A stretch of 64,000 nucleotides of DNA from the human T2T-CHM13v2.0 reference genome, Homo sapiens. The DNA lies in NCBI RefSeq assembly GCF_009914755.1, contig NC_060925.1; one strand, written 5' to 3'. The notes beneath the pieces were generated by a model that saw only the letters and a list, made by a program, of their open reading frames with translations, did no database searches and was not told the DNA's origin. The first letter of the stretch is position 1, and each line of letters starts with the position of its first letter. A program made the translations under genes and the position numbers. Below are positions 26,129 through 39,714 of this stretch, piece after piece.

Positions 26129-26475
26129 CCTACACATCTATTTCGAGATTTCTTCTTCAGCAAAGCATTCCCTGACCACACGCCAGGCTCTGCCTTAACT
26201 GAATGTTTCTCTGGCTGGTGGGACCCGAGGACCCCACCTCTTCCAAACACCCTACCTATGTGGAGATGCCTCCTGGGGACTCCAGCTTTGTCTTCACAGC
26301 GGGGCATCCTTTGGCTGGTGCTAGGGGAGTAGGTGCCAGGGCAGGTAGAGTAGGTGATTTTTACTGCAGAAGGGCAGGCAGGCACTGAAAATGAAGGAAG
26401 ACCTTCCAAGCATGGTTCCTACAGCAGCAGAGGCTGTTTTTCTAGATATCACAGTGATATTCTCATGTAATCTGA

Positions 26476-27163
26476 TGATAACTGAAATGAGTGACTGAAG
26501 CAAAAGTCTCAGTCAATCAAGGTTTATTAAGCCAGCTGGAGGGAGCATCCAGGGAAAACACTGACACATCTGTGGCTGTTTTTTTCTAAAAAGGTTTTCA
26601 GAAGGTTTAGTCTTTGTACATTTCCTTAAAGGGGGGAAGGCAGGTAGGAAGACAGGCAGGTAGGCAGTAAGGTAAATGGTCACATTCTTGTAAGACTTTA
26701 ATTAGTGCTCACTAAATCTATATTTTACATAAGATAAAGGGAATGTTTGAAGAGAAAAAAGGGAGTAAATGAAGAACTGATTATGCAGACTTCTCTGGGT
26801 AGGTGGAGGAATGACTGGTCTCATCTTGTCTATGTTCTGCACCTGGGAAGATAAGCTTGTAACTCACATTATCAATACAGAATGAACTGACTAGTTTTTG
26901 GCGCTAGCCTTAGACTGTAGATCCAAAGTTACAATTGACATGTGCTTATTTATAGGAGGCTAGCAAAGAATTTACTTATGAATGGTCTGTGGGGTAGTCC
27001 TTTGTAGATGTCTGAGGACTTTTACCTTCCAGAGGGGAACCACATAATGCTGGTAACAGCTCTTCATTTGGAAGGGAGTGTTATGTGACTCCGTCTCCAG
27101 GCTTAACCTTCCCTTTTGCATAAGGACTTCGGGGGTCCTGAGAGTTTTTTATTTTCCTTTACA
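26476..27163 (-). mobile_element. Solo ERV1 LTR, MER72/MER4-group-like
   Basis: Minus strand begins TGTAAAGGAAAATAAAAAACTCTCAGGACCCCC...GGGAAGGTTAAGCCTGGAG. Flanks CTGA/CCAA. Confidence 0.8.
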
Positions 27164-27298
27164 CCAAATTATACCAACAAACACAAGGGCTGACGAAAGA
27201 GGATTCAGCTGCATAGTGGGTTCCAGAGCCAACTATTAAGAGATAAAAGGACATTAGGTTAAATAAAAATTCAAATCAAAAAGTGAGGTCTCAAGGCT

Positions 27299-27348
27299 TT
27301 TGGTTTTGGGTTGTTTTTTGTTTTGTTTTGTTTTGTTTTGTTTTGTTT
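27299..27348. repeat. (GTTTT)n microsatellite
   Basis: Directly visible pentanucleotide run. Confidence 0.9.
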
Positions 27349-29931
27349 AGGGGACAAAAGAATCTTGTGAAAGTGTTCTAAGCAAGGAGTTAGGAGACCT
27401 CAAGTCTAAGATGAGCCAGGGGCATCAAGTAAGCTGGTAACAGCACCTTGCCTTATAGGCCAGCAGGCCTTGGTCTTACGTTATGGGTCACATAGCCTTA
27501 GTGTTATGGGTCACAGAACGCCCTAAGAGTAACCTGATGAAAATGATGGGCCAGGCAACTGAGGAAGCTGCACATCAGCACCCACTGAGTTGTTGCAAAC
27601 TATTTTTTAATTGCATTGGAAATGTGTTCAGTCATATAGGCAGAATGTAAAATCAACCTAGAGAACGTAACAGGATATTACACAAGGACTTTTCCGGTTG
27701 TGTTAGGATCTTTGCTGAAAAGAACTCTTAACAAGCACCTGCACATTCTAAAGGAACATATTTGAAATAATTGCTAAATGGTGCTAAAAGGTGGCCAAAT
27801 ACTAGTTCTTTGAATTTTAACCAATCACACACCTCTAGGCTACATAATGGAAAAATGAACTCATTAAAGGGATGCGAAGATGCCTTTAAGGAAAGCTGGA
27901 GTGTCGGTTGGGTATATTACTACTGCCTCTGGGAGGAAGCCACCCTCCTCTCCACCCCTACCAAGCCTAATAACCAGTCCCAGAACAGGGGAGTCAAGGC
28001 TGCCCTCTCACCTGTGGATGTAGTTCAGGGGTCAAACCAGGAGAGGAAATGGAAGTGAGAATCAAGGGCATCCAAGTGAAACAGAGAAAGGAAAAACCAC
28101 TCGATGGATCCCTGAGAGTGCTGGTCCAGCCTCCGTCCTCACCTGCTGGAATCCCACCTGCCTTTCGAGGCCCAGCTCCATCTGCCATTCTGGAAGCCTC
28201 CCACAGCTGCCAACTTCAACGGTGATCTCTTGACCCCCTTACAGCACACTTGGCCATTATGGGCCCTCGGATGCTGCCCAGGTATCATGGCAGCAGCACT
28301 CCCTGGGTCATAAGTGGCCTCTGCCACATGCATCTTTCACTCCATCCCCAGCCCCAGAGAAGACAAGCATCTCACCTCTTCCCCCTCAGCACCTTGCCAG
28401 AGGTGCTCAGAAAACAATTCATGAGTGATTACACAGCTAGTTAGGTACAATTCTGCAGGCCATTTGTCTAAACTCAGTCCCAGGCTGTTGAAGTTACTCC
28501 AACCTGGATACTGGATACCCCTAATTCTCCTAAAGTTTCCAGCTGGGTCCTGAAAGCTACAAGATACCTATCTTTCTCAAACATATTGTCCCCAGGCTGG
28601 GTCACCCAGTGGAAAGGCCAAAAACATGCTTAGGGCAATAGCAAGATAGGGAGCCCAACACTTTTTTTATGTGATGATTTACATAGGCATCATGAGAAAA
28701 ACGCCTTCTTAAACATATGGCTTAGTGTCGGATCTGCTTTTAGTCGCACATGGGTGACCGAGGTGGGATGTGCCAGGTCTTTTCATGCTTGGGGCTCCTA
28801 CTCTGCTGGCACCGACCCACGCCGTCTAAGATTGTGGCTTTTAAAGGTTCTGTGGCTTTTAAAGCACTTCCTGTGCAGGTCTGCTCCGCAGCTCCAGGCG
28901 CTACACCTTCTCAACCCACAGGTCAGGGAATAGAGGCCCAGAGAGGGTCAGGGATCCTAGTCCGGGGTTGGTGAGCCCCCTGGGTAGGGGATTTATTCAA
29001 GGGCTGGGGCAGATGCTGTGGATGAGGCTTCCCCACTCCCTGCTGTGCAAGGAGATCCTGTTGTTGGCATTGCCAGCACACCGCCAGCACTTGATCCTCT
29101 GGCTCAGAGCCCATTTACCTGAGCAACTTGCCGCAGTGCTCTGAGGTTCCATTTCCTCCATTACAAAACATAGCTAATAGTATCATATCTCTCTGGCCTA
29201 ATACCAGAACTTTAATTAGGCTTAAATGAAACATAGGAGAAAACAACTCAACCAGGACCTAGCATGCTCCTTCAGGTTTTTGTTAAGGTTGGGGCCCTGG
29301 GGGACAGGAGGCCCCATCCTGGAGCAGGAACAGGAAAGTGTGACCGACTCTCCTTGACACCCTGAGTGGCAGATCCAGAGCGCTGTCACCAGGAACAAGG
29401 GGAAGCTCACCAGCGGGAGCCTCCCAGCCCTCCGCTGCAGTGTCTTCCGGGCTGCTAATGGGTTTCACGTGTGCAGAGGCCAATGCCTCAGTCCTGGGGA
29501 TGGGGTCTGGGACAGCTCCTGTGGCTGTCTCCTCAGCCGTGAGCAGCCGCATCCTTTTACAAATAATGAATGCCGTTTTCCATAGCTGCCACGATGCAAG
29601 AAAAACTGAAAAAACAACCCGGGTGAGAGGACAGTCTGTGCTGCTGGGCAGAGGCCAAAACCTGAAAACAAAGCAGAAACTCAGACCACAGGTTGGCATT
29701 CTGTGAGATTCAGAGGACCTGGGTTGAGGAAGGAGTGTCTCCATGGTCACAGCACAAACGTCACTTAGGAAAATTTACACTCCTCTTCCCACCCAGGGGC
29801 CTCATTAAACCACCCACCGAGACATCCCCAAAATATGATTTGAAATGAGCAAAGGATAGTTTCTTATTTTTACGCACATTGTTATAAATGTAGCATCTTT
29901 TTTTAAAATGTGCTGTTTTATTGCTGTGTTA

Positions 29932-30151
29932 CAGGGATTTGCAAACTTTTCCTGTAAAGGACCTGATTGTAAGTATTTTAGACCTTTGCGATCACACATA
30001 CAGCCTCTGTTTCAACTACTCCGCTCTGCCGCTACAATGCGAAAGAAGTCTTAGGCAATAGAAAGGGCATAGAAGCGTTCCAACAATACCTCATTTACGA
30101 AAACAGGTAGGGGGACAGATTTATCCCACTGGCCAGTTTGTCACCCTCATG
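29932..30151 (+). mobile_element. MER58A hAT-Charlie MITE, full length
   Basis: CAGGGATTTGCAAACTTTTCCTGTAAAGG...AGTTTGTCACCCTCATG. 8-bp TSD CTGTGTTA/CTCTGTGA (6 of 8 match). Confidence 0.9.
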
Positions 30152-30987
30152 CTCTGTGATATGCCTTCTAAATAAAACCATTGTGTTTGTGCTGCAAATA
30201 CAATTATAGGACAATTTCTCTTTCAACCAAACTCCTGCCTTCAAGCCCCTTCTATGTAAAAACCCTGGAACCACCCTTGGTCCTGCAGAACATTCCCGAT
30301 ACCAGCTGAGGTTTCTGTGCACCAACTCAGGCGGCCTCCCTGGCCAGAGACAGGAGGAGCCAGGAATTCTGAGTTAGTCCTGAAGACAGCCAGAGATCAG
30401 AGAGGTCAGTGCTCTTGGCTATTCACATAGGAAGTTGGTTTTCTGTTCTTTTCCAGAGAACTGCACAGATAATACACAGATCGATGCCAAGTAAAACAAG
30501 AAGGAAAAGCTGGCTCTGTCCAGGAAAGAGCTGACAACAAACGTGTCCTGACTGGGAAACGCTTTCTGCTGCTTCCTCCCTGCTGCCCGGCAGTGAGGGG
30601 AGAGGTGGGACTGGGGCCATCGGGCCCTCACGTGCCGGGCAGGGCTGCTGTGCTCAGCAGAGGATGTCTGTACAATCTCATTTCCTTGAGATTTTCAAGA
30701 AAAGGTGAGGTTTTCACTGCTTAGAATGAGGGATAGAGACAAGATTTCTTGAAGAACAGGAAGGGCAAGACTTCTTACAGTTTTTCCCAGTGCTACTATG
30801 ATAATCATCATGGCCTGATGAAGGTTAGAGTTCTAATTTATTAATAGTTTCCTAAGTGCCAGGCACTGGACTAAATGTATAATCTCCACTTTACAGAGAC
30901 AGAAGCAAAGATTTGAGATAGCCTGTCTAAAATCTCACTGTAAGTGGAAGAGCTGGAGTTTGAACCCAGATAAACAGAATGCACAGG

Positions 30988-31181
30988 ATGTGTGTGTGTC
31001 TGTGTGTTTGTGTGTGTGTGTATGTGTATGTGTGTGTGCTATGTTTGTGTGTTTCTGTGTATGTGTTTGTGTGTATGTGTATATGTGTGTGCATGTGTGT
31101 GTGTGTGTATGTGTGGGTTTGTGTGTATGTGTATGTGTGTGTTTGTGTGTCTGTGTGTTTCTGTGTGTGTGTGTGTGTGTG
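30988..31181. repeat. Imperfect (TG)n compound microsatellite, about 190 bp
   Basis: Directly visible. It is the source of the C/V-rich and H/T-rich ORFs. Confidence 0.95.
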
Positions 31182-31487
31182 CATAAAGAGAGAGAGGGAG
31201 AGAAACTTTATTTTAAGGAATGGGTTTACAGGACTGTAGAGGCCAGGGTGATCTAAAGTCTGTAGGGCAGGTGGACAGGCAGGAAACCCAGGGAAGAGTT
31301 TCAGTTCAAAACTGAAGACCGTTTGCTGGAGGAATTCCATATTCCTTGGGAAATTTCAGTCTTTTTCTCTTAAGGTGTTCAACTGTTTGGATGAGGCCCA
31401 CCCGTGTTATGGAGGCTAATCTGCTGTCCTTAAAGTCTACTGATTTAAATGTTGATCTCATTTAAAACACCTTCACAGAAAAATTTA

Positions 31488-31836
<349 letters not shown>

Positions 31837-31955
31837 AATAATAGTTGACAAACTATCTGGATACCATGGCCCAGACAAGTTGACTTATAAAATTAACCAT
31901 CACAGGTCCCATAGGCAGCATCTGCATCACCAATGGAGCCTGTTCAAAACACAGA

Positions 31956-32079
31956 AGCTGAGTGCAGTGGCAGGCACCTGTAATCCCAGCTACACAGGAA
32001 GCTGAGGCAGGACGATCACTTGAGGCCAGGAATCCAAGATCAGCCTGGGCAACATAGCAGAACCTCGTCTGGAAAAAAA
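31956..32079 (+). mobile_element. FLAM_A-like monomer, next to a MER5A fragment (31905-31955)
   Basis: CCTGTAATCCCAGCTACACAGGAAGCTGAGG...CAGCCTGGGCAACATAGC. Confidence 0.75.
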
Positions 32080-32113
32080 TTTAAGTATATGGAAGGATGT
32101 TTGTGGGTTATAT

Positions 32114-32261
32114 GAAAAAGAAAGAAAGAAGATAGAGAAGGAAGGAAGGAAGGAAGGAAGGAAGGAAGGAAGGAAGGAAGGAAGGAACGAAGGAAAGAAG
32201 GAAGGGAGGAAGGAAAAAAGGGAGGAAGGAAGGAAGGAAAGAAGGAAGGAAGGAAAAAAAG
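32114..32261. repeat. Polypurine (GGAA)n microsatellite
   Basis: 12 consecutive GGAA at 32140-32187 plus degenerate units. Confidence 0.95.
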
Positions 32262-33756
32262 TATAAAAGGAAGGCTTTGTCCTGGATCAGTGGCTTTCAA
32301 GTCCTCTTTTCCTCCCACCAGTGGGATCCTTTTTAGTAAGTGAAATAATTGCACACAACCCCCAAACACATAACAGATAAGAAAGAAATACTCTGGCAGC
32401 AAAGGGGAGGTGGGGTGGACAACCTTGACCAGCCTTGTCTAGGGTGTCCCTTTCCTTCCCTTGCACCTGCAGGCGGCTCCTGAACACAAGGCTGGGTAGA
32501 GCACTTGAGCACTGCTGCACAGGGGAGGAGCTGAGGTCTCTTTCAGCTCCTACGTTCTGAGCCTTCATCTAAGAGGCCTGGCCCTTCAGTGGCAGCCTGG
32601 GGAGTGGGCAAGCGTGGTCTTCACAATCGCAGTCAGCCCGTATCCCTAGTTGTCCTTCTCACCCTCTGGTTTCCTGTGCAGACAAAGAATCGAAGGGGAC
32701 AGAGGGCTTTGGGACTCTGGGCTCACTCCAGGCCCACTTTTCCTTCCATTACCCTTTCCTGTGCCCTTTGAAGTGCCCTCTCATCTGTGCCCACCTGAGT
32801 AGAGCCCAAGGGAGGAGAACTGAGCCTGACTCCCAGGGGCAGGGGGTTGCTACAACAGGATGGGCAGTGAGAGGTGGGCAGCCTCCCCTAATGTGGCCTG
32901 CTAGTGCAGGATGCCCCTGCCAACACATAGGCAGGGCCAGGTGCCAGGACCTCAGCTGATCATCCCAAAGCTCGGGCCAGCAGCTGGCAGCCAGGAGGAG
33001 TGTCATAACTCTACTAAGTAATCTGGAACAGAAGCCAAGGGAGTGGCTAGCCCCTCAAATCGGGACCTGCGGGGATGTGGGGCCCTCAGACGCAGACACT
33101 GGCATGCAGGAGCACTGGGAAGGGGCCCAAGCCCAGAACTCCCGTGGAAAGCGGGGTCCGAGTTGAGCTGGGAGGGAGGGAGTGGCTGGCTGTGCTTGTC
33201 TCCATTCTCTCATTCTTTCCTTCAATAGGGGGTCAGCAGGGCACACAGCTTCCCAGCTGGAGACCAGCACTCCCAGTCTCCCTGGGGGCTGCGTGTGGCA
33301 TTGTCTGAGTTCCAGCTGATGGGATCTGAGCAGAAGTAGACCAGGACAGCTCCTAGGTACCATCTCTTACAAAGGAAGGGGGCATCCTCTACTCCCCCTG
33401 TGCTTCCCATGGGCTGCAGGTGCAGATGTGAGCCACCCAGGGGATGACAGAGCATCAAGAGGGGAGGAGCTGGGGTCTTGGGATGGCCTCATGCATCCAG
33501 CCAACCTGCCAGGACCGCCCTGCCTCTGGACTGTTCTGTGAGAGAGAAATGAAAGTCTATCCTGCCTGGCTGCCCTGGTGCCCTCACTCATATACAGGAC
33601 AGGAGAGAAGAACAGGCTTGAAGCTGCTCCCACATTTTTTCCAGTCCCACTAGTCGGGAACAGAAGCTAGGACTGTGACAATGCAAGATGCTGGGGAGAA
33701 GAGGGAGGCCAGGAGAGGTGCCCCTACTGGCCAGTGTCTCAGTGCCACCTTAACAT

Positions 33757-34337
33757 TGTAGGGGTCAAGGGAAAACTTTCCCTTCGCTCTCTGAAGGTTT
33801 GCTGAAAAATCAACTGACAAAAGGCAGATCAGTAAGAGAAAAGGCAGACAAAGTTACTAACATGCACAGAGGAGAAAATCACAAAGTGATTACCCAGCCA
33901 CCCAGTGGGGTACATCTTGAGGTTACAGAGACAAGAAGACTCAGAATATGACCAAAAACAAGCATTGGAGGTGCAACAGGTTATGGTGACAACACAGGTT
34001 ATGGAAGGGGGAGAAGAGGAGGCCTGGCTAGCAAAGGTCACCTTGTTACATACAAGAAACCCCACAGGTAGCAGCCCTCAGAAAGCATAGATGGTGAATG
34101 TTTCTTTCAGATCTTTAAAGATGTCAGTTCTTTAAAAAAGAACCTCAGTTAATCTTTCCTAGATCCAGACAAGTGAGGGCCTCCGAGACAGCTGCGTCAA
34201 TCAGATTCTCTGCAGGTGCAAATTTCCCCACAAATGACAGCCTTGCAGGGCTGCTTCTGTATGCGGGCTCTGTGAACAGCAATCTCAAAATGTGTCAAAG
34301 AAATATATTTTGGGATGAAATATTTTGATTTTCTTCA
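33757..34337 (-). mobile_element. Complete solo ERV1 LTR, MER39-like
   Basis: Minus strand begins TGAAGAAAATCAAAATATTTCATCCCAAAATATATTTCTTTGACAC. TSD ACAT/ATAT. Confidence 0.85.
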
Positions 34338-36599
34338 ATATGCCAGTGAGACCCCTGAGAGCCCGGAGGTAAGCCTGGAATTTACAACTACCCTGGATGG
34401 CTTCTGCCCCCTCCTATTTTTGTCCGTCTTCCCTCTCCACTGGCACTCGACCTCAGACTTACAAAATCTCCAAGGTGTCAGCTATTTGATTCAATGAATT
34501 AATCTGAGCCAAAGACAAAGGGCCCCAAAAAGGAAGCTCTGTCCTATTTCAAGTTTGCTACCAATGATTTAGAACTCATTGATGTTGAATATTGTCTCTT
34601 TCTTTCTGTGTATATTAAGAAAAGAACATACTTTTCTACTTCACTCTATTAATATGATATATTATAATATATGAAATCATTTTTATTCATTCTGAATTTG
34701 CTTTGTTTTCCTTGGTCTCAAGGTACTAAAAAAAGAGCCCAAGGCCAGTACTCGGTGCTTGGACCTGGAGGTGAAGTTTATCTGCTCTGGCAGCATGAAA
34801 GGCCAAAAGGGAAGCATTTTACTGATTTTTTTTATGGTTAGGACTAGTTGGTAATCTTCCAAGATAGATCAACCTGGATAAAATGATGATTTCCTAGAAG
34901 GCAAGAAATCCTTGCTTGATAGTATTTTTTGTATGAGAATTCACTGCTCACCACAGGAACTTTCGTGAACAAGAAAAATATTTACTTAGATGAGACCCAG
35001 GAGATTATTCAGTTAAAACAAAAAAGGTCAAGGTCTAAGGTCTTTTTTCTGGCCAACAGGGCACCATGAAATGCCCAGAGACCTGTCTGTAGGATATGCA
35101 GTTGAACAAGTTGCAAAGATTCCAATGAATGAGTCAGAGAACAGAATCCTTCACTGCCGAGAGTGGTCCATAAAAGAGTTGTGCCTACTTTGATCTGGGA
35201 ATATTCGCTCTCTAATCTGAGAGTTCTATGGAAGCCTTGACTTTGAGGTCAGAGTCATTTGTTTTTATGTTTAGGGTGAGGCAAGGCCTGACAAGGCTCC
35301 CTGGAGAATAGGGTGTGGCCAGATCAGAGGCACGTTGCCCAATTCCCAGCCCTTCCTCCCGTAAGAATCAGCATGAGGGAGAGAGCCCAGGAGTGAGGAG
35401 GGGGGTCTCAGATTGCTGGCCTTCAAGTTACAATGCCACCGCATCAGCAACGGTGCATCAGCAAGGGAAGCAAGAGCAGAGGGGGAACAGAGCCAGATGA
35501 TGGGGGAAGAGAGAACATGGGGATGAAGAGCAGGGAGCAGCCGTAGAAGCTGAAATTAGGCCACTGTGGAGGTGGCACGTCTGAGAACACACCTGCTTGG
35601 GCCGCGGGGCGGGGGCTATGAGAGACACATTCTGGGGCTTAGCTCTGCCTTTTTTTTTGGTGCTACCCAAGCAAAGTAGCATATGGAAGAGATTTGATTT
35701 CTCCCCAAATGTTGATGCTAATTTTGAAATCTTTCTATTCTAACAAGACATCAAACTATATAATAGGAGGACACACAGATTGCTCCCCAAGTGACAGCTT
35801 TCGAAAGAAAAGCCCACATGTTCTGTAAGATGTTGTTCCAAAAACGGGTGCTAAGTGGGATGAGGTGCCACCTCGGCACGTCTACCACCTGAGGCTCCAG
35901 AGCGGCAGGAGGCTGTGGCCAGGGTTCGCCCCAGAAGCTGCATGCTTCCTAGGGTTAAATGTCATTCTAGACTAGGAAGAAACACCTGATGGTAGCATCT
36001 TCTGCCAGCAGGACTTGATTACAATCTCTCCAGAGAAATCTACCTCTCCAGAGAAATCCCTGTAAGGGTGCATAGCAGCCAAACAGCAGTGAAAGAAATG
36101 TCTAGCACACTCATCTTCAGAGTCCATGTGAATTGCACTGTGATTTATCTTAGATGTCAACTTTAGTGCATGGGAAAGAGAGGAGTGAAAATCAAGATGG
36201 AACTTGTCAAAAGTTTCATAGTTGAAGAGCCAATCCAGCCTCCTTTCCTCCCTCCCTCCCTCCCTCTCTTACTTCCTTTTTCCAAGTGCTGACCAGTAGG
36301 ATACTGCCAACTTCCAAATTTTAATTCTCTAAAATGCATTTTCTCCTTCAGTTACAAAGGAGCCATCTCAAGGATCAGAAAAAGTCTCTCTGGACTTTGC
36401 TCCCATGTATGCAACCGAGTGGCATCTGTTTGCAGAGTGTAAGATGCCGCCTCAGGCGGCCCTGCCACCCTTCAGGGCCAGCCCTCTGGCCCCTGTGTCC
36501 AGGCTGAGAGCATGACCACAACACATGCAAGTGTCTTTCCCTGCAGCCCAGCCTCCAGCCCATGCATGCCTTTCCAATCAAACCTTCCCACTGGGGGTT

Positions 36600-37370
36600 T
36601 GTATAGAGAGAACTCTTTCTAACTATGCTTCCCCTCTACTCTCATACCACAACAATCATCAAACACAGACAACTTCTGTGGCCATATGTGAGTTTTTTTT
36701 ACCACATGCTCCAAGCAGAGGATACCAGCTGGGTGTCCTCTATTTGAGTTCCGACACTATCTACATGGAGATAGTGTCAGATCCCACAGGTTGAGGGCTC
36801 AGTCCCCAAGACTGCCCCCCCACCAAACACACCAGTCGTAAGTCCAGACCTCCAGAACTTCTGACCAATCAGCTTCAAGAGGGGATCATGGGTGCCCTTC
36901 TTTGGGTTTGATTAATTTGCTGAATTGGCTCATAGATCTCAGGGAAACATTTATGTTTACCAGTTTATAATAAAGGATATTGCAAAGGATACAGACGAAG
37001 AGACGAGTAGGGCGAGGTATGTGGGAAGGGGTGCGGAGCTTCCATGCCCTCCCTAAGCGCCACGCTCCAAGAACCTCCATGTGTCCAGCTATGGGGAAGT
37101 TCCCCACACCCTGTCCTCTTGGGTTTTTATGGAAGCTTCGTGACATCAGCATTCCTTTCCCCGCTTTACAGGGTGGGACCCTCATAGGAGGTCTCAAGAT
37201 GCACAGTCAGAAAGGCTGGGGAACATTTGAGTGGGAGGAAGGCAGGAGAAGGTCTGAAGCCTGCCCGTGAGGCCTAACACACCCAACATTATAATAAAAG
37301 ACTAACGAGGGCTATGGGAGTTATTAGCCAGGAACCATGAATGAAAACCAGTATCTGTCATAACACCATG
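36600..37370 (-). mobile_element. Complete solo LTR, MER21-like
   Basis: GACACTATCTACATGGAGATAGTGTCAGATCCCACAGGTTGAGGGCTCAGTCCCCAAGACTGCCCC motif. TSD GGGTT/GGGCT. Confidence 0.85.
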
Positions 37371-37724
37371 GGGCTACACTTGCATTCACCACCCTCTGTG
37401 GCCAGCTCTGGCAACTTCTCCTTATTAGAAGTGAATCTCTTGACTGAGGTACACGTTTTTAAGATAAGCACCCTGGGAAGGATGGGAAACCTGAATGTCT
37501 GAACTCCAGAGGCTGCCCCAGAAAAGAAACCCTCTCCAGCCTCATCTGCTTTTTGGAGGCCACAGAGACATTCCCAGACCAAAGCAAGCAGGCCAGGAGC
37601 AACTTTTCCACTCCAGCCCAGAGGAAGCATCGCTTGATGTTGAGAGTAAGCTTTTTCCTTACCCATATTCTGTACAGAGAAGACCCACTTCTTTCCAGCT
37701 TCCATGCATTGCCTAAGCAGCCTT

Positions 37725-37960
37725 TATAAGCATAATAATGATGATTACAACCAAGATCACCTCCTCTGTGCCCAGCCCTGTCCTCAGCACTTTCTGTGCT
37801 GTATCTACTGAAATCTTATCACCACCCTGTGAAGTGGTCACTAGGATTCTTGTCATACAGAGGAGGAATGGGGGCTTCAAGAACTTCAATAACATTTGAG
37901 ATGTCATCGTCCAGGGCACAGAAAGTATTTCAAAGCCAAAGCTCCACATGATTACATGAT
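37725..37960 (-). mobile_element. MIR SINE (further MIR/L2 remnants extend to about 38640)
   Basis: CTCTGTGCCCAGCCCTGTCCTCAGCACTTT...AAATCTTATCACCACCCTGTGAAGT...ACAGAGGAGGAA. Confidence 0.7.
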
Positions 37961-39454
37961 TCAGTCTCCTCAAATCCTGCATGAACACACCACCCCCAGA
38001 CAGAACAGAGGAGCTGCCAGCCTCCAGGTTCTCCAGGGCTCCTGACCTCCGAGATGCGTTCTTGGGCTGTACTGGTGATGTTTTAAGCCACAGAATTGGC
38101 CTTGGATGAAGAATGTCCCAGAAGCTCTTCCCTAAGCCACATGGAGTGGCCTTCTCTGTCCTCATCCCTCCTTCTCCCCCCTGTCTGCTTTCTTGTCCCT
38201 TGCCCCTGTCCCTGTTCAGCTCTGCAGACCTGCTTCTGCACATCTCCAATCCAACACTCTGCTCCTGGCTCCTGACTTCATATATTTGAGTGTTGTTTTC
38301 TAGGTCCTCCTCCAGGCTGTGCATCAGGACAACAGTGGTCCCCTTCTCTGGCCCTCGTGCCTGCTCTGTGCCTTGCCTGGCCACCAATGCACCAGCCAAG
38401 CCTGTCCGGTAGTGCGGAAGCCAGCTTCGGGCAGCTGAGCAGGACAGCTGCTGACTCCCGGGGAAGTGTCTTGTAATTTCCACACATTCACCTCCATGAC
38501 CATTGTACTTTCCTCCTCCCAACAGTCCTGGGAAACAGGTACCATTATTCCCATGTATATGGTCAAGAAACAAAAGCTCAGAGAAGCTGAGGAACTTGTC
38601 CCTGGTCTTACAACTCCTGAAGGGCTGCATGTGTCCTTGCACCCGGGTCTGCTGAGTCCAGTGCTCTTGGTCTTTCTGCTTTCCTGCTTTGCATAAACAC
38701 CAGCCCCTTCACTGAGGCAGGGCAGGGCAGGCAGGAGCACACTCTAAAACAAATTCAAGTAGAAGGACCCCTCGGTAATGACCCTGCAATATGGTCTGGC
38801 ACTGACAAAGCTGGAAGAGTCCTGGAAGCCAGGCAGAGAAGCATTGGAAAGAGGCAAGTTGAAGCTGAGTGCTGAGGGCTCCAAGGGTTAAGGAGTATTG
38901 GAAAACAGTGGTGGGGGTGGGGGGCACGTGCACACTGGAAGGAGGGACACGTGCAGACAGACAAGGGGCTTGCACAGGGATCAGCATTCGGGTTTGATCT
39001 TAAAGGCAGTAGTGGGGCAGGGAGGGTTCTTGAGGAAGGAGATGATGTAACGAAAAGTTGTGAGAGGAAGACTGTGTGGTCAGTTGCATAAAGAAGTGCT
39101 GCAGAGGGGGAAAGCCTGCAGTCCAAGAGCAGCCGGGAAAGAGAAGGTCATTGCAATCATCCGGCCTTTGCCAGGAGGAAGTCTCTTGCCGGGTAGATGA
39201 AACACCCACAAGTCTTCTCCCTAGTTTACCACATGATCTATCTGATGCAAAAGATAGGAAGGCCATAGGTAGGAGCATGAGAAGCCAAAATGTCTTGCAT
39301 TGCCCCCCAGTCCAGGGTACACAGCCCATCTCAGTTGCTGGGGTGGGGTGGGGGAAAATGAGAGTCCCATGGGAGGGGGACCTCACATTGTAGCTCTTTC
39401 TGTCTCTGCCAGTTACAGGAAGAAGCTCTGAGGTTTTGCTTCTCTGAGGGTGAC

Positions 39455-39666
39455 CCACATGCCACTGGCATCAGAAAATAGAGGAAGATCTTCAAAATGT
39501 GCATTCCCAGGCCCAGCTCCAGCACTGCTGAATTGAAATTTCTTGTGGGTGGTGAGAAGATCCCAGTCATATAAACTTTAAAAAAAAACATGATTTTTTA
39601 AGAGCAATTTTTTAATCAAGGTTCACTAGAGAAATAGTCAATAGGAGATACAGAGAGAGAGAAGAT

Positions 39667-39714
<48 letters not shown>

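Noticed and set aside
30927-31340. Cys/Val-rich and His/Thr-rich ORFs
   Set aside because: They are translations of the (TG)n/(CA)n tract.
34340-34374. Strong-looking splice donor GAG/GTAAGC beside the MER39-like LTR
   Set aside because: No convincing acceptor or partner exon is identifiable. Such 9-mers occur by chance.
35595-35620. GC box GGGGCGGGG with a few CpGs (similar small cluster near 44940-44990)
   Set aside because: Far too short for a CpG island, and a promoter cannot be supported from sequence alone.
37713-38642. Longest ORF (309 aa, minus strand)
   Set aside because: Both ends lie in MIR-like sequence and the middle in L2-like sequence. No recognisable domain or exon structure. 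Most likely a chance open frame.
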